The notes: generated from the letters alone by a model not told the origin. A stretch of DNA of 64,000 nucleotides from Bacteroidetes bacterium UBA3022 (GCA_002346225.1 DDYY01000068.1:9017-73016), one strand, 5' to 3'; positions 38,803 through 49,865 are shown, counted from the first letter of the stretch. A program made the numbers and translations.

Positions 38803-39151
38803 AACTAATACTATGACTTTACTGCAAGAAACGAGTGATTTTATCACGATTTTCGGCATTGACACCCCCTGGGACGTATTGTTTGTCATTATTATTGCTG
38901 CCTTCTTAGGTGTTGAACTGATTAGCAATGTACCTGCCATTCTGCACACCCCGCTCATGAGTGGCGCGAACGCCATACATGGGGTTGTAATTATAGGCTC
39001 GATAATAGTAATGGGACATGCTGCTCAGGATAATTACTTAGCACTTGGGCTGGGCTTCCTGGCGGTCATTTTGGGTACATTAAATGTGGTAGGTGGTTTT
39101 GTTGTTACTAACCGCATGCTGGAGATGTTCAAAAAGAAAGAAAAGAAATAA
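38789..39151 (+). CDS. pntAB: NAD(P) transhydrogenase subunit alpha, part 2 (membrane)
   Basis: Small 3-4-TM protein with ..TPLMSGANAIHGVV.. The ATG at 38789 overlaps the pntAA end; the ATG at 38813 (MTLLQETS..) is an alternative start. Confidence 0.85.
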   Translation: MLTFKTNTMTLLQETSDFITIFGIDTPWDVLFVIIIAAFLGVELISNVPAILHTPLMSGANAIHGVVIIGSIIVMGHAAQDNYLALGLGFLAVILGTLNVVGGFVVTNRMLEMFKKKEKK

Positions 39152-39175
39152 CGGCTAACGCCTAATATAAGCTAT

Positions 39176-40567
39176 ATGAATAATATGGACCTTCTTAAAA
39201 TCAGTTACCTACTCGGATCTATCAGTTTCATTGTAGGATTGAAAATGTTGTCCAGTCCTGATAAAGCCCGAAAAGGAAACTTATATGCAGCGGCAGGTAT
39301 GCTGATAGCTATAATTGGAACCATACTCTTTCATCAGAATGATGCAGGTGAACGTATTGGCAACCTGGCATTCATTATTGGCGGAATTCTTATTGGTACT
39401 ATTGTAGGTTACGCTATAGCCATGCGGGTAAAAATGACTGCCATGCCTCAGATGGTATCATTGTTTAACGGAATGGGTGGCGCTTGTGCCGCTTTAATTG
39501 GCATAGTTGAAATGAGTACCCATCACCCTACCGAAACTGGCGAGCGACTTATCATTTTCCTTGGGTTAATGATAGGCTCTGTTTCTTTCAGCGGCTCTAT
39601 GATTGCCTATGGAAAGCTGGAAGGTAAAATCCGCGACTATGGAAGCAAAGTGCAGCAGGTATTTAATAACACCTTTGTTTTTGCCATTTTAGGATTGATT
39701 ATATATGCTTCTGTTCGTCCCGATGCTATAGGCGATCCTGTAATATGGATCATTTTTGGTTGTTCTCTGCTTTACGGTGTGCTGTTTGTTATGCCCATAG
39801 GTGGTGCTGATATGCCTGTGGTCATTTCTCTGCTGAATTCATTCACCGGAGTGGCAGCAGCATTCGGTGGTTTCCTCTACGATAATCAGGTCATGCTTAC
39901 CGGTGGTATTCTGGTAGGATCAGCCGGTACCATTTTGACAATCTTAATGTGTCAGGCCATGAATCGCTCGCTGTGGAATGTTATCGTTGGAGCATTCAGT
40001 GGCAGCAGTGGACCCGGAAAATCTACGGAAGGACTTTCCATTCGAGAAATCAGCGTTACAGATACTGCTATTCTTTGCAGCTATGCACAAAAGGTAGTGA
40101 TTGTTCCCGGATATGGATTAGCAGTGGCCCAGGCACAGCATGTTTGCCATGAATTTGAGAAAGTACTGGAAGAAAAGGGCGTGGATGTGGAATTTGCCAT
40201 CCACCCGGTGGCAGGACGTATGCCCGGACATATGAATGTGCTGCTTGCAGAGGCCGATGTTCCCTACCCGAAGCTGAAAGAAATGGAAGATATTAACCCG
40301 GCACTTCCCAATACCGATGTTGTAATTGTAATTGGAGCCAACGACGTAGTCAATCCGGCCGCAGAAACAGACCCGTCCTCTCCTATTTATGGCATGCCCA
40401 TTATCAAAGCCAATACAGCTAAGAATGTCATTGTCATGAAACGCAGCATGGCAAAAGGCTATGCCGGGATCGAGAATGAATTGTTCTTTGATGACAAAAC
40501 ACGCATGCTGTTTGGCGATGCTAAAGCAACACTGGAAAAACTGATAGCTGAAGTTAAAAACGTATAG
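39176..40567 (+). CDS. pntB: NAD(P) transhydrogenase subunit beta
   Basis: 463 aa with a polytopic N-half. The C-terminal NADP(H) domain shows VPGYGLAVAQAQH and HPVAGRMPGHMNVLLAEA. Confidence 0.92.
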   Translation: MNNMDLLKISYLLGSISFIVGLKMLSSPDKARKGNLYAAAGMLIAIIGTILFHQNDAGERIGNLAFIIGGILIGTIVGYAIAMRVKMTAMPQMVSLFNGMGGACAALIGIVEMSTHHPTETGERLIIFLGLMIGSVSFSGSMIAYGKLEGKIRDYGSKVQQVFNNTFVFAILGLIIYASVRPDAIGDPVIWIIFGCSLLYGVLFVMPIGGADMPVVISLLNSFTGVAAAFGGFLYDNQVMLTGGILVGSAGTILTILMCQAMNRSLWNVIVGAFSGSSGPGKSTEGLSIREISVTDTAILCSYAQKVVIVPGYGLAVAQAQHVCHEFEKVLEEKGVDVEFAIHPVAGRMPGHMNVLLAEADVPYPKLKEMEDINPALPNTDVVIVIGANDVVNPAAETDPSSPIYGMPIIKANTAKNVIVMKRSMAKGYAGIENELFFDDKTRMLFGDAKATLEKLIAEVKNV

Positions 40568-40591
40568 AAGCTTACACGCATTACCTTTTTC

Positions 40592-41428
40592 TTAAACCAT
40601 ATAAAAGCTGGCCCAAAATAAAGTCAGGCGGTAAGCGATCAGACTTACCACCAGCCATGCTATTATCAGGAAGGACCTGACGAGAGCTCCTGCTGCATTC
40701 CAGCCATACATATTGCGCATACTGCTATAGAGAAAATAGATTAACGAAATTAATACGACTATGGTTATCAATCGGTCGTTGAGATAGGGTGTTATATCAG
40801 TTCCAGACAATCGAAACAGGAATACAACCGGGAACAATAGCAACCCAAAAAATATTGTATTTACAAATATATTGTAGATACTTAGTTCAAGCGACATCAC
40901 AAAATGATCAGCGAAATAAATCCCCTTTCGATGGCATAAAATTGCATACGCCGGAACCATAAAAAATACCATGAAAATGAGTAAAAGCTTTGCATTAGAA
41001 GTAGAAGCCACATTGTATTCACTGGTAAATTCTTCCATGCTTATATTCTCTCTTTCTATTCGGTTCTCTACGGCCTTGGTGGTGATTGCGCCATAGGGCA
41101 TGCCATGCATCTGAACATCCAGAGTCGTGTTGAACGTTTCCAGCATAGGCATCAGAAAATAAATAAGGTTACCTATAAAAAATAGCGCTAAAGGTGAGCT
41201 GTAAGGAACTCTTTTCCCCTCCGCATAATCGCTGCTAAGCCGTCCGGGTCTTCTTATGACCAGTCATAAGGTTTGCAGCATTTTCGTATCCGCAAACGTG
41301 ATGGCATTGACTATTTTACCCAACTGAAATAAAAAGGTTCGTTCTTTGGGAGTAACGACTTTCTCACCGCAGTTACTGCAATAATTGCCGCTTATGGCTT
41401 TCCCACATGACTTACAGCTGGTATGCAT
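40592..41428 (-). pseudogene. DUF3667-like zinc-ribbon membrane protein interrupted by a single in-frame TGA (41264..41266)
   Basis: The N-terminal piece MHTSCKSCGKAISGNYCSNCGEK...TKMLQTL stops at TGA. The same frame continues without further stops as LVIRRPGRLSSDYAEGKRVPYSSPLALFFIGNLIYFLMPML... into the 186-aa track ORF (111 nt = 37 codons between them). Confidence 0.7.
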
Positions 41429-41491
41429 GGAGCTAAAATATAAAAAAGGCAGAAGGTACACTTCTGCCTTTTAAATAAGGATAATAATCAA

Positions 41492-43585
41492 TTACTCAAC
41501 TACAACTACCGTCTGATAAACCACCTCTCCTTTTGTGGCACGCACCAGATAAGTTCCAGGTTGTACTTCAGGTAAGGAGATCTCTACTACGTTACCATAG
41601 TTCATACTGGTCTGATTCATGACCATTCTGCCGGTCATATCGAATAACTGAAATACCACAGCATCTTCCTCCGTATCGAATCCGTCCAGATATAATGTCC
41701 CATTGCTTGGGTTGGGATATAAACTGATATCTTCTGCATCTTCAAACTGACCCAGTTTGAGTGGCGTTGTTACTGTCTGGATATCAGTAAATGCCCCCAA
41801 GTCACCTCCACCACAGTTGGCGCGCACGCGGTACTCGTAAGTAACGCCACCCGTTAATCCACCAATCTTGGTTTTATTGGTACTGGCATTCTTGCTCAGC
41901 CAAACATCACTACCTAGAGCACGGTATTGGATTTGATAATTTACCGCACCTGCTACGGGCGACCATTGTAATTTGATACCAAAGGAAACAGCACCCGTTA
42001 CATTGACTGCGGCAGGTGTTCCGCAACCCGCAACAGCACAACCATCAGCAGTATGGGAGCCAAAGAATCCAAATTCATTCTGACCATATACATTCCACTC
42101 GGTAGCACCTATGGTCCAATCGGTCTGGCCTTTATTGACCGCAGCTTTTCGCACTAAAGTATTATCGGCAGTACCTGCTGTATCCACCAGCCATTCTGTA
42201 ATCGGGTCTTCCCCCACTCTTCCTATCACATCGATGGTATCTGCAAACTGCAACAGCACCACTGCATCATTACCATTGAAGAATGTAACATTGGAAGTTG
42301 TATCAGCAAGTGCAATCAGTACACTATCGGCCGAAGGGTTGACAATATTGTACGTTCCACCAGCAGCAATAGTACCCGAAAGATTCAATGTATTAGAAGG
42401 TGCAGTACCTCCGTTATTAAACACTTTTACAATGTATCCATCCAGATCAATGGCTGCATCTGTCGGATTATAAATCTCCAGTGCTTTATTGTTGCTTCCT
42501 CCTTCAATATATTCGGAGAAGTAAAGGTTTTCACATGGACCGTTCAAAGCTGATTCATTATCGATAATGGTAATAACCAATTCATCAGCAGGCCCCAGCA
42601 AACATGTACCGATTACAGAGTCAATCTTAAGGACAATGGTCTCATCAATTTCAAGAACAGCATCATTTGCTATGAGTACGTTGAACAACAAAACAGAGTC
42701 GAAAACTTCATTGAAATCGACAAAAAATGGTGTAGATACAATAAAGTCAGAACCATATGTTGCAGTACCTAATGAATCGATTACTGAAATCACAGCAGTG
42801 CAGGTAACAGGAGAAGTAATTTCTACAGCAACGGCAACAGGTCCGTCGGCTTCCCCGGTAACGATCTCAGTTTCACTAAAGCCTACAACCGGAATGATTG
42901 CTCCGGAAGTGGCTGTGACGGAAATATCATCTAATCCAAACTCATCGCGTGAACCCGATCCACTGACATCGGCACCTTCCCATTTAATGTAGAAGAAATC
43001 GCCATCTTCCAGAACAAGACCGGGAATAACTGCCGACTGGTTATAAGTATAAAGGCTGTCTTCATCTGCCTCAACTGAAGTAAGATCAAGTTCAGGGACA
43101 TCGAAAAAAATCACATTGTTATAGGAGTACGATACATTAAAAGAGTTTGACCTGCCTTCATTGTTATAGATATAGGCAATATAGGACAAGTCTATTTCGG
43201 AAACGAAAGCTCCGGTATTGTTGGCAATCTTTAACGTAAAGGAACCCGGGTTAAAATCGGAAGAGGTAGGTTGGGTGTACAACGCAATATTCCCACCATT
43301 GTCGAAAGCATATACGCCTCCGGAAGAAACATTGCCGGTTGTAATACCTTTTGCGAAATCACCATCAACGTCCGTATTGCCAAAAAATAAATCTCCATCA
43401 GAGAATCCCAGTACCTCCCAGGTTTCGGTACTCAGCTGGCCGGGAACAGGTGCCACATTAAAACCGGTGCCTTCAAATCCGGTAAAATCAATGACAAAAG
43501 GCACATCTGTAGAAGTAACAGATAGTTGAGCGAATATGGGACTGGCCAGCGCAACTAATAAAATGGGTAATAATTTTTTCATCAT
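41492..43585 (-). CDS. T9SS-secreted surface protein with lamin-tail-like, Calx-beta-like and FN3-like modules
   Basis: 697 aa with a signal peptide. Contains the LTD-like stretch ENLYFSEYIEGGSNNKALEIYNPTDAAIDLDGY, an FN3-like stretch (..LQWSPVAGAVNYQIQYR..YEYRVRANC) and the C-terminal CTD ISLYPNPSNGTLYL...GTYLVRA. Confidence 0.8.
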   Translation of the reverse strand: MMKKLLPILLVALASPIFAQLSVTSTDVPFVIDFTGFEGTGFNVAPVPGQLSTETWEVLGFSDGDLFFGNTDVDGDFAKGITTGNVSSGGVYAFDNGGNIALYTQPTSSDFNPGSFTLKIANNTGAFVSEIDLSYIAYIYNNEGRSNSFNVSYSYNNVIFFDVPELDLTSVEADEDSLYTYNQSAVIPGLVLEDGDFFYIKWEGADVSGSGSRDEFGLDDISVTATSGAIIPVVGFSETEIVTGEADGPVAVAVEITSPVTCTAVISVIDSLGTATYGSDFIVSTPFFVDFNEVFDSVLLFNVLIANDAVLEIDETIVLKIDSVIGTCLLGPADELVITIIDNESALNGPCENLYFSEYIEGGSNNKALEIYNPTDAAIDLDGYIVKVFNNGGTAPSNTLNLSGTIAAGGTYNIVNPSADSVLIALADTTSNVTFFNGNDAVVLLQFADTIDVIGRVGEDPITEWLVDTAGTADNTLVRKAAVNKGQTDWTIGATEWNVYGQNEFGFFGSHTADGCAVAGCGTPAAVNVTGAVSFGIKLQWSPVAGAVNYQIQYRALGSDVWLSKNASTNKTKIGGLTGGVTYEYRVRANCGGGDLGAFTDIQTVTTPLKLGQFEDAEDISLYPNPSNGTLYLDGFDTEEDAVVFQLFDMTGRMVMNQTSMNYGNVVEISLPEVQPGTYLVRATKGEVVYQTVVVVE

Positions 43586-43654
43586 TCAAGAATTGTTTGA
43601 GACAAAAGTAATCAGCTTCCATAAAAATGTCCTCGCAACAAGTTTAAGTTAGTA

Positions 43655-44071
43655 TTATATCCACATGTCTTTAACATGAGGAGGTAAAGACACCACCTTT
43701 CTGTTTTCGTAATCGAAGCACACAATATTGGTTCTAATAATCGCTACATCCCGATTCTGTGAACGGAAATGGTAAAACAATGAAAAACCCACCCTGGTAA
43801 ATCCATCTACGCTCATGGTAACATCCAGCACCTCATGGGCAAATGCTTCAGATATAAATTTTATTGCTGCATCTGCCATGATAATTCCCGTGCCACCCAG
43901 ATTCATTTCGGTAAAGCCAAAATGGCTGAAAAATTGTATGCGCGCCTCGTGGGCAATCGACAGCACAGCATCGTTGCCCAGGTGTCCGCTGTAGTTCATA
44001 TCTGTGATGCGAAGCGGTATCCGGGTGGTAAACAATACCTTTTCAGGCATATTCAATTCTACTCTTTCCAT
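43655..44071 (-). CDS. hotdog-fold acyl-CoA thioesterase (4HBT/YbgC-like)
   Basis: 138 aa with motif RITDMNYSGHLGNDAVLSIAHEAR. Confidence 0.7.
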   Translation of the reverse strand: MERVELNMPEKVLFTTRIPLRITDMNYSGHLGNDAVLSIAHEARIQFFSHFGFTEMNLGGTGIIMADAAIKFISEAFAHEVLDVTMSVDGFTRVGFSLFYHFRSQNRDVAIIRTNIVCFDYENRKVVSLPPHVKDMWI

Positions 44072-44072
44072 A

Positions 44073-45089
44073 TCAGGCTATTTGAATAAAGGGCATTCGT
44101 GCAGCAGGCAAATCATGCAGGTCGCCTTTTGCATCTTTCGATGCTGCAAAATGTCCACTCATGGCAATCATCGCTGCATTATCGGTACAATAGGCCATCT
44201 TGGGAATGAACAATTGATATCCTTCCCTTTCCGCAGATTCTTTCATAAGCGCCCTTAAACCGGAATTCGCCGCAACACCACCTGCCAATGCAAGGTGGCT
44301 GATACCCGTCAGCCGGGCTGCTGCCATCAATTTTCTGGTGAGGATATTATTGATGCTGTATTGAATGGAAGCACATAAATCGGGAAGATTTGATTGCGTG
44401 AATCCGGGAGCCTTTTTCTCCTCATCCCTTAAAAAGTAACGGATACTCGTTTTCAATCCGCTAAATGAGAAATCGAGTGGCGCTACATTCGGCTCGGAAA
44501 AAGTAAATGCCCCTGGATTTCCTTTCGCTGCCCATTGATCTATCAAAGGCCCGCCGGGATAGGGCAAGCCCATCATTTTGGCTGCTTTGTCGTAAGCCTC
44601 TCCGGCAGCATCGTCGATGGTTTGCCCAAGTATCTCCATCTCAAAAGGACCATCCACCCTGACAATCTGGGTATGTCCGCCGGAAACAGTAAGACATAGA
44701 AAAGGAAATTCCGGATGCGGGGCTTCAATGAAATGGGCATGAATATGTGCCTGCATATGATGCACCGGATACAATGGTACCTTCAAAGACAGTGATAGTC
44801 CCTTGGCAAATGAAGCCCCCACCATCAAAGCGCCCAGCAAACCGGGACCGCGGGTATAGGCGATTCCATCTATTTGCTCCATCCCGATTCCCGCCTTTCG
44901 CACAGCCATTTCCACAACAGGCACAATGGCAGATTGATGCGCCCTGGATGCCAGCTCAGGCACTACACCACCATATTGCTCGTGAATAGCTTGTGTAGCA
45001 GTTTCAGATGATAAGAGCTCCCCGTCGCACATTATAGCAGCGGCTGTCTCATCGCAGGAGGTCTCTATCCCCAGTATATACAGTGGCAT
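44073..45089 (-). CDS. tsaD: tRNA N6-adenosine threonylcarbamoyltransferase
   Basis: 338 aa. Motifs GIETSCDETAAA, HMQAHI and the GGVAANS Kae1/TsaD signatures. Confidence 0.95.
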   Translation of the reverse strand: MPLYILGIETSCDETAAAIMCDGELLSSETATQAIHEQYGGVVPELASRAHQSAIVPVVEMAVRKAGIGMEQIDGIAYTRGPGLLGALMVGASFAKGLSLSLKVPLYPVHHMQAHIHAHFIEAPHPEFPFLCLTVSGGHTQIVRVDGPFEMEILGQTIDDAAGEAYDKAAKMMGLPYPGGPLIDQWAAKGNPGAFTFSEPNVAPLDFSFSGLKTSIRYFLRDEEKKAPGFTQSNLPDLCASIQYSINNILTRKLMAAARLTGISHLALAGGVAANSGLRALMKESAEREGYQLFIPKMAYCTDNAAMIAMSGHFAASKDAKGDLHDLPAARMPFIQIA

Positions 45090-45141
45090 ATAATATTCAT
45101 TGTATAATTTCGCTAAATTACGTCATTACTGCCACCCAAAT

Positions 45142-48100
45142 ATGCCATTGCCAACAGCTGTATCAAAATCACTCCGTCTGCTCCGACGATTTGCGTTCTG
45201 GACGGTAACAGTGACGATTGGATGCCTGCTGCTTGCTTTCCTGTTCTTGCAAATCCCTGCTGTTCAGCAATACATTCGCACAGCCTCCGTGGATTACCTG
45301 GAAGAAAAGCTCCAGACCACCGTTGAACTGGATGATATTGATATCAATCTTTACCGGCATATTGTACTGAAAGGCCTGTATATCGAAGACCGGGAGGGGG
45401 CTACATTGTTGTACGCAGGACATGCCGCCATCAGAATACGTTCCATCGACCCCTTGCACAAGACTGTTCGGCTCCGAGGTCTGGAGCTGGGAGACGCCCG
45501 TGCCAATATATACAGACATCCCGGCGACAGCAGTTTCAACTATTCCTTCTTTTTGGAAGCCTTTGCCTCCAATAAGGAAAAGGACACTGTGAAAACCAAA
45601 AGCAATATTGAACTGGTACTAAAGAAAATTCATCTCGAACGCACCGCCTTCAATTATGCCGATAGCCTTCAGCTGCAGGGATATCAGGGTGCACTTAACG
45701 AATTGACCGTCACTTTCAATAAATTCAGCATTCGAGATCAAATCCTTTCGATCAATATACTGAGCGGAGATGCCTGTCAATTCAGTTTAACACGGCTGCC
45801 AGGTGCTTCCACAGAGCCGCCCTCCGAGCCGCCGGGAAAAGAACTGGTGCACATCGCTCCGGGTAACTGGATAATTGAAGCCAACCAGGTAAAACTGGAA
45901 AACAGCTATTTTGGCTATGAAAACCAGCAATACACCAGAAAATCAAATATTATTGATTTCAACCATTTGGCATTAAGTGAGCTGAATATTGATTTAGAAG
46001 AAATCACCTACATCGGCGATACGGTCCAGGGCTATATCAATTCCATACAAACCAAAGAGCAATCGGGCTTTGAACTCAGCCAGCTTAAAACAGGTTTCTT
46101 TTTCTCGTCCACCCAACTCGATCTCAACGGCCTACAGATAACCACACCTGCGTCGTTTATTGGCAATAGCATATCGCTGCGCTATACTACCTTGAATGAT
46201 TTCAACAGGTTGTTTACCGATATATTCTGGAAGGCACGCTTTAACGGAACAGAAGTAAATACCGATGATCTTGCCTATTTTTCATCAGCAATGGCAGCAT
46301 ACCATAGTGCCATCAATCTGACAGGACTGGTTACAGGTACCTTGGCGAACCTGCAGTTGCAAGACTGTAAAATTGCTCTGGATGATGCCGCCTTCCTGAC
46401 CACCGACGGACAGCTTACCGGCTTGCCGTCTATAGATGATTTCGCAGTTCATGTAGACATCCATCCGCTGGTAGCTGATATGCCGGGACTGGACGCCTTA
46501 CTGGGCAAAGGCTTGCTTCCCAAGGAATTAATCGAATTGGGGTCCGTTAATTTCAAAGGGAATTTACAGGGTACGTTAAACAATATTCAGATCAATGGAA
46601 CTACCTATTCCACTATTGGTGATGTGATAGCGGACATCAGAGTCAAAAATGACCGGGAAAATGGACTGCAATATTCAGGTACTTTCTCTACCAATGCATT
46701 TAATGTCGGAAGGCTGGCCGGAATGGAAAACGTTTTAGGCGATGTGAGCATGCTGGCTACGGTTAAAGGAAGTAATCTAAACGGTAAGAACATTGTGCTG
46801 TTTTCGTCTCAAATCAGCAGTATCTATTATAATGGGTACACCTTCCAGCAAATAAATGCTTCGGGAGAGCTGACCGATAAAGGTTTCAATGGCCGGCTGA
46901 ACATGAACGATCCGAACGGAAGCATAGATTTTGATGGCTCTATCGCCAACCTCGATAGCATACCAATCATGAATTTTGCTGCTACATGGACAGATGCTGA
47001 TTTGTATGCCATGAAACTTTACAGTACACCGCTAATAGTAACCGGGACTACTACCATCGATATCGTTGGAACGGACATCAATTCATTTTTAGGAGATGCG
47101 CTCATTACCGATGCCATTATTCAATCTGGCGGGCAAGTACTGGAAATGGATCGGATAGAAGTACATTCATCGCAGGAGGAAGGTATCCGGACAACAAGCT
47201 TACTGAGCGATAATCTCAATATTGATATTGAAGGCAACTACTCGGTAGACCAGCTTCCCCTGCAGGTGGAAGCAATGGTGAAATATTACGTAAAAGGCGT
47301 TCAACCGCAGAACGACTCTTTACCCGACCAGGATTTTACTTTTCAGATAGATGGCAATGAGCTGGAGAAAATCACCTCTATTTTTTATCCTGACATCCGG
47401 AAACTTACCTCCCTGAAAATGCAGGGCGACTTCAACAGCGCCTCCAAAACCATGCGCGCAAGAGTGCTATTAACGCAACTGGATTACTTAGGTTACCGGA
47501 CAGCTTCGCTGGCGGCTGAAATGGCCAATGAAGAAAATAATCAGCTCAGCTATTTCGTCAGGGCAACTCCCATCTTTATCAATGATCAGGTTGAACTGCC
47601 TATCACATCCCTTGAAGGTTATCTGCTTACAGATAGTATTTTTTTAAATCTAAAAATGGGCCGCGATACCGACCCTGAACGTTTGAACCTCCACAGTGGA
47701 ATAAGTATAGAAGACAGCTTACTTCGCCTGCGCATACTACCCTCGGAAATTTTTGTCAATGCATCGAAGTGGGAAATTCAACCGAACAACTCCTTGACGT
47801 ATGATTTCAAGAATTTTATTGCTGAAGACTTTACGCTCACCAATGGAGAAAGAATACTGAGCGTGAGCAGTATCAACAAACCGGGGTCGGGTCCTATACT
47901 GAAGGTATTTATAGACAATATCCTGCTCAACGACCTGACTACACTAGCTCAATACGACGATTATGAAATCGGCGGGGATATCGATGCCAACATCACCATT
48001 TCAGATCCTTTTGATTCCATTAGCATACTCGGATTTATCAATATCAATCAGTTGGCTATTGATGAACAACTCATTGGTAATATCAATCTCACAGCCACCA

Positions 48101-49863
48101 AGCTATTCGATAACCCAAGGTATAACTTCAACATGCTGTTAAAAGGAAATAACAGCATGCGCGCATATGGATATTACTATTCGGGAGATGTAGATTCCAT
48201 CAATTTCAAAGCCGAAATCTCAAAAGTACCATTCCTGGTGGTAGAGCCTTTTACAACGGGGCTCATTTCTGACGTTAGCGGTGATGCCTACGGAGAGGTG
48301 CGTGTGCAAGGGCCATTGGATAATCTCAGCACCACCGGGTACTTAGAAATGCGCAAAGGCGGCTTTACTTTCGATTACCTGGGAACTGCCATGACTTTCG
48401 ATTTCCAAAAGGTAGAATTGTTCCCGGACAGAATTTATCTTACCCCTAATAAAATCTTCGATCCTGATATGAATGAAGGCTGGATTCAGGGTAATATCCA
48501 GCATCAATCCTACAATCAATTCTATTTCGACAGTCTGAGTTTTAATTCAGAAAATTTCATCCTCATGGATGCCACCCAAAATGAAAACCCGGACTTCTTC
48601 GGTTTTGTGGCAGGTAAGGTAAACGCTCTTATTGACGGCCATCTGGAAGATTTGAATATCACCGTTTCGGCCAGTCCCAATAGAAATCCCGGGCGCGAAA
48701 ACATAGTATACATACCAGCATACGGCTCCGGTAATGTGAGTCGCCACAACTTCATTCAGTTTGTAGACCGATCGGCAACAGATTCACTACAGCCACCTAA
48801 GGAAGAGAAAAACGTAAGTGTGGTGACTGTCAACACCTATGTTTCTGTAACGCCCGATGTGGAGGTTAGAATCCCACTCAGCAGCGATGGAAGTGACGAC
48901 TTGAAAGGCAGCGGCTTTGGAGACCTATTCATCAATGTCAATACACTGGGAAAAGTTGAAATAAGCGGTATCCTGAAAATTGCCAGTGGTAGCTACGACT
49001 TCTCATTCGAAGGTCTTTCCACCAAGCGTTTTGATGTTAAGGAGGGAGGAACCATCATATTCAACCAGGACCCCTACCAGGCGCAACTAAACCTGACGGC
49101 TGTTTATCAGGCTGATAAGGTCCAGAAGCTGGGACTCATTAGCGATCTGGCCCTTTCCGATCAGGAAATTCAGGAAGCGCGTAAAACAACCCCTGTAGAT
49201 GTGTACATTAACATTGGCGGCACACTGGAAGCACCGGATATCAGCTTTGATATTGTACTGCCGGAAGAAAGAGGTGGTGGCCTATCAGAATTTGAGCAGC
49301 GACTCAATGAAATCAGGGCAGATCAGAATGAGTTGAATAAACAGGTATTCGGTCTGTTGATGCTGAACCAGTTTCTGCCTAAAGACCTGAATGCAGGAGC
49401 TGCACTTGGTTCCGGAGTCAACTCTTCCATAAGTGATTTTATCACCAATCAGCTTTCGGGATATTTCTCTGACTGGATTGCTGAAATAATACCCAATGCC
49501 GAAATTGATATCGGATATCAAAAAATCGGATCGGGCGATATCAATTTGTCAGAATCGGATCAAACACAGTTCGATCTTGCATTAAAACAAAAATTATTTG
49601 ATGATGCGTTAACCATCAAAGTAGGTGGTACTTACAGCTACGAAACAACCGGTAATAACCCGAATAATAATCTCGCCGGCGACTTCGAGGTGGAGTACAA
49701 AATAACGCCCGATGGGCGGATTAGAGTGAAGGCGTTCAGGCGCTCTGACTTTGATGCTGTTGCCTCTAAAAATGATACCCGAACAGGCCTGGGACTCTTT
49801 TATACCAAGGACTTCGACTCTTTCAGGGAGCTATTTGGCAATCGGAAAAAAGAGGATAACTAG
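45142..49863 (+). CDS. tamB: translocation and assembly module protein TamB-like
   Basis: About 1570 aa. N-terminal TM anchor (FAFWTVTVTIGCLLLAFLF), long beta-rich body and a DUF490-like C-terminus (..LAGDFEVEYKITPDGRIRVKAFRRSD..). The track start is a TTG at 45100; the first ATG is 45142. Confidence 0.8.
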   Translation: MPLPTAVSKSLRLLRRFAFWTVTVTIGCLLLAFLFLQIPAVQQYIRTASVDYLEEKLQTTVELDDIDINLYRHIVLKGLYIEDREGATLLYAGHAAIRIRSIDPLHKTVRLRGLELGDARANIYRHPGDSSFNYSFFLEAFASNKEKDTVKTKSNIELVLKKIHLERTAFNYADSLQLQGYQGALNELTVTFNKFSIRDQILSINILSGDACQFSLTRLPGASTEPPSEPPGKELVHIAPGNWIIEANQVKLENSYFGYENQQYTRKSNIIDFNHLALSELNIDLEEITYIGDTVQGYINSIQTKEQSGFELSQLKTGFFFSSTQLDLNGLQITTPASFIGNSISLRYTTLNDFNRLFTDIFWKARFNGTEVNTDDLAYFSSAMAAYHSAINLTGLVTGTLANLQLQDCKIALDDAAFLTTDGQLTGLPSIDDFAVHVDIHPLVADMPGLDALLGKGLLPKELIELGSVNFKGNLQGTLNNIQINGTTYSTIGDVIADIRVKNDRENGLQYSGTFSTNAFNVGRLAGMENVLGDVSMLATVKGSNLNGKNIVLFSSQISSIYYNGYTFQQINASGELTDKGFNGRLNMNDPNGSIDFDGSIANLDSIPIMNFAATWTDADLYAMKLYSTPLIVTGTTTIDIVGTDINSFLGDALITDAIIQSGGQVLEMDRIEVHSSQEEGIRTTSLLSDNLNIDIEGNYSVDQLPLQVEAMVKYYVKGVQPQNDSLPDQDFTFQIDGNELEKITSIFYPDIRKLTSLKMQGDFNSASKTMRARVLLTQLDYLGYRTASLAAEMANEENNQLSYFVRATPIFINDQVELPITSLEGYLLTDSIFLNLKMGRDTDPERLNLHSGISIEDSLLRLRILPSEIFVNASKWEIQPNNSLTYDFKNFIAEDFTLTNGERILSVSSINKPGSGPILKVFIDNILLNDLTTLAQYDDYEIGGDIDANITISDPFDSISILGFININQLAIDEQLIGNINLTATKLFDNPRYNFNMLLKGNNSMRAYGYYYSGDVDSINFKAEISKVPFLVVEPFTTGLISDVSGDAYGEVRVQGPLDNLSTTGYLEMRKGGFTFDYLGTAMTFDFQKVELFPDRIYLTPNKIFDPDMNEGWIQGNIQHQSYNQFYFDSLSFNSENFILMDATQNENPDFFGFVAGKVNALIDGHLEDLNITVSASPNRNPGRENIVYIPAYGSGNVSRHNFIQFVDRSATDSLQPPKEEKNVSVVTVNTYVSVTPDVEVRIPLSSDGSDDLKGSGFGDLFINVNTLGKVEISGILKIASGSYDFSFEGLSTKRFDVKEGGTIIFNQDPYQAQLNLTAVYQADKVQKLGLISDLALSDQEIQEARKTTPVDVYINIGGTLEAPDISFDIVLPEERGGGLSEFEQRLNEIRADQNELNKQVFGLLMLNQFLPKDLNAGAALGSGVNSSISDFITNQLSGYFSDWIAEIIPNAEIDIGYQKIGSGDINLSESDQTQFDLALKQKLFDDALTIKVGGTYSYETTGNNPNNNLAGDFEVEYKITPDGRIRVKAFRRSDFDAVASKNDTRTGLGLFYTKDFDSFRELFGNRKKEDN

Positions 49864-49865
49864 AC

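Noticed and set aside
38082-38976. 178-aa and 205-aa minus-strand ORFs
   Set aside because: They are antisense to pntAA/pntAB, which have clear Rossmann and transhydrogenase motifs. The Ala/Ser/Thr-rich translations are shadow-frame artefacts.
41264-41266. TGA reassignment (alternative genetic code) as the explanation for the in-frame stop
   Set aside because: TGA clearly terminates other well-defined genes in the window, for example ccoS, hddC and gmhA at their ATGA overlaps, and tsaD. No SECIS-like context was evident, so an isolated nonsense mutation or sequencing error is more likely.
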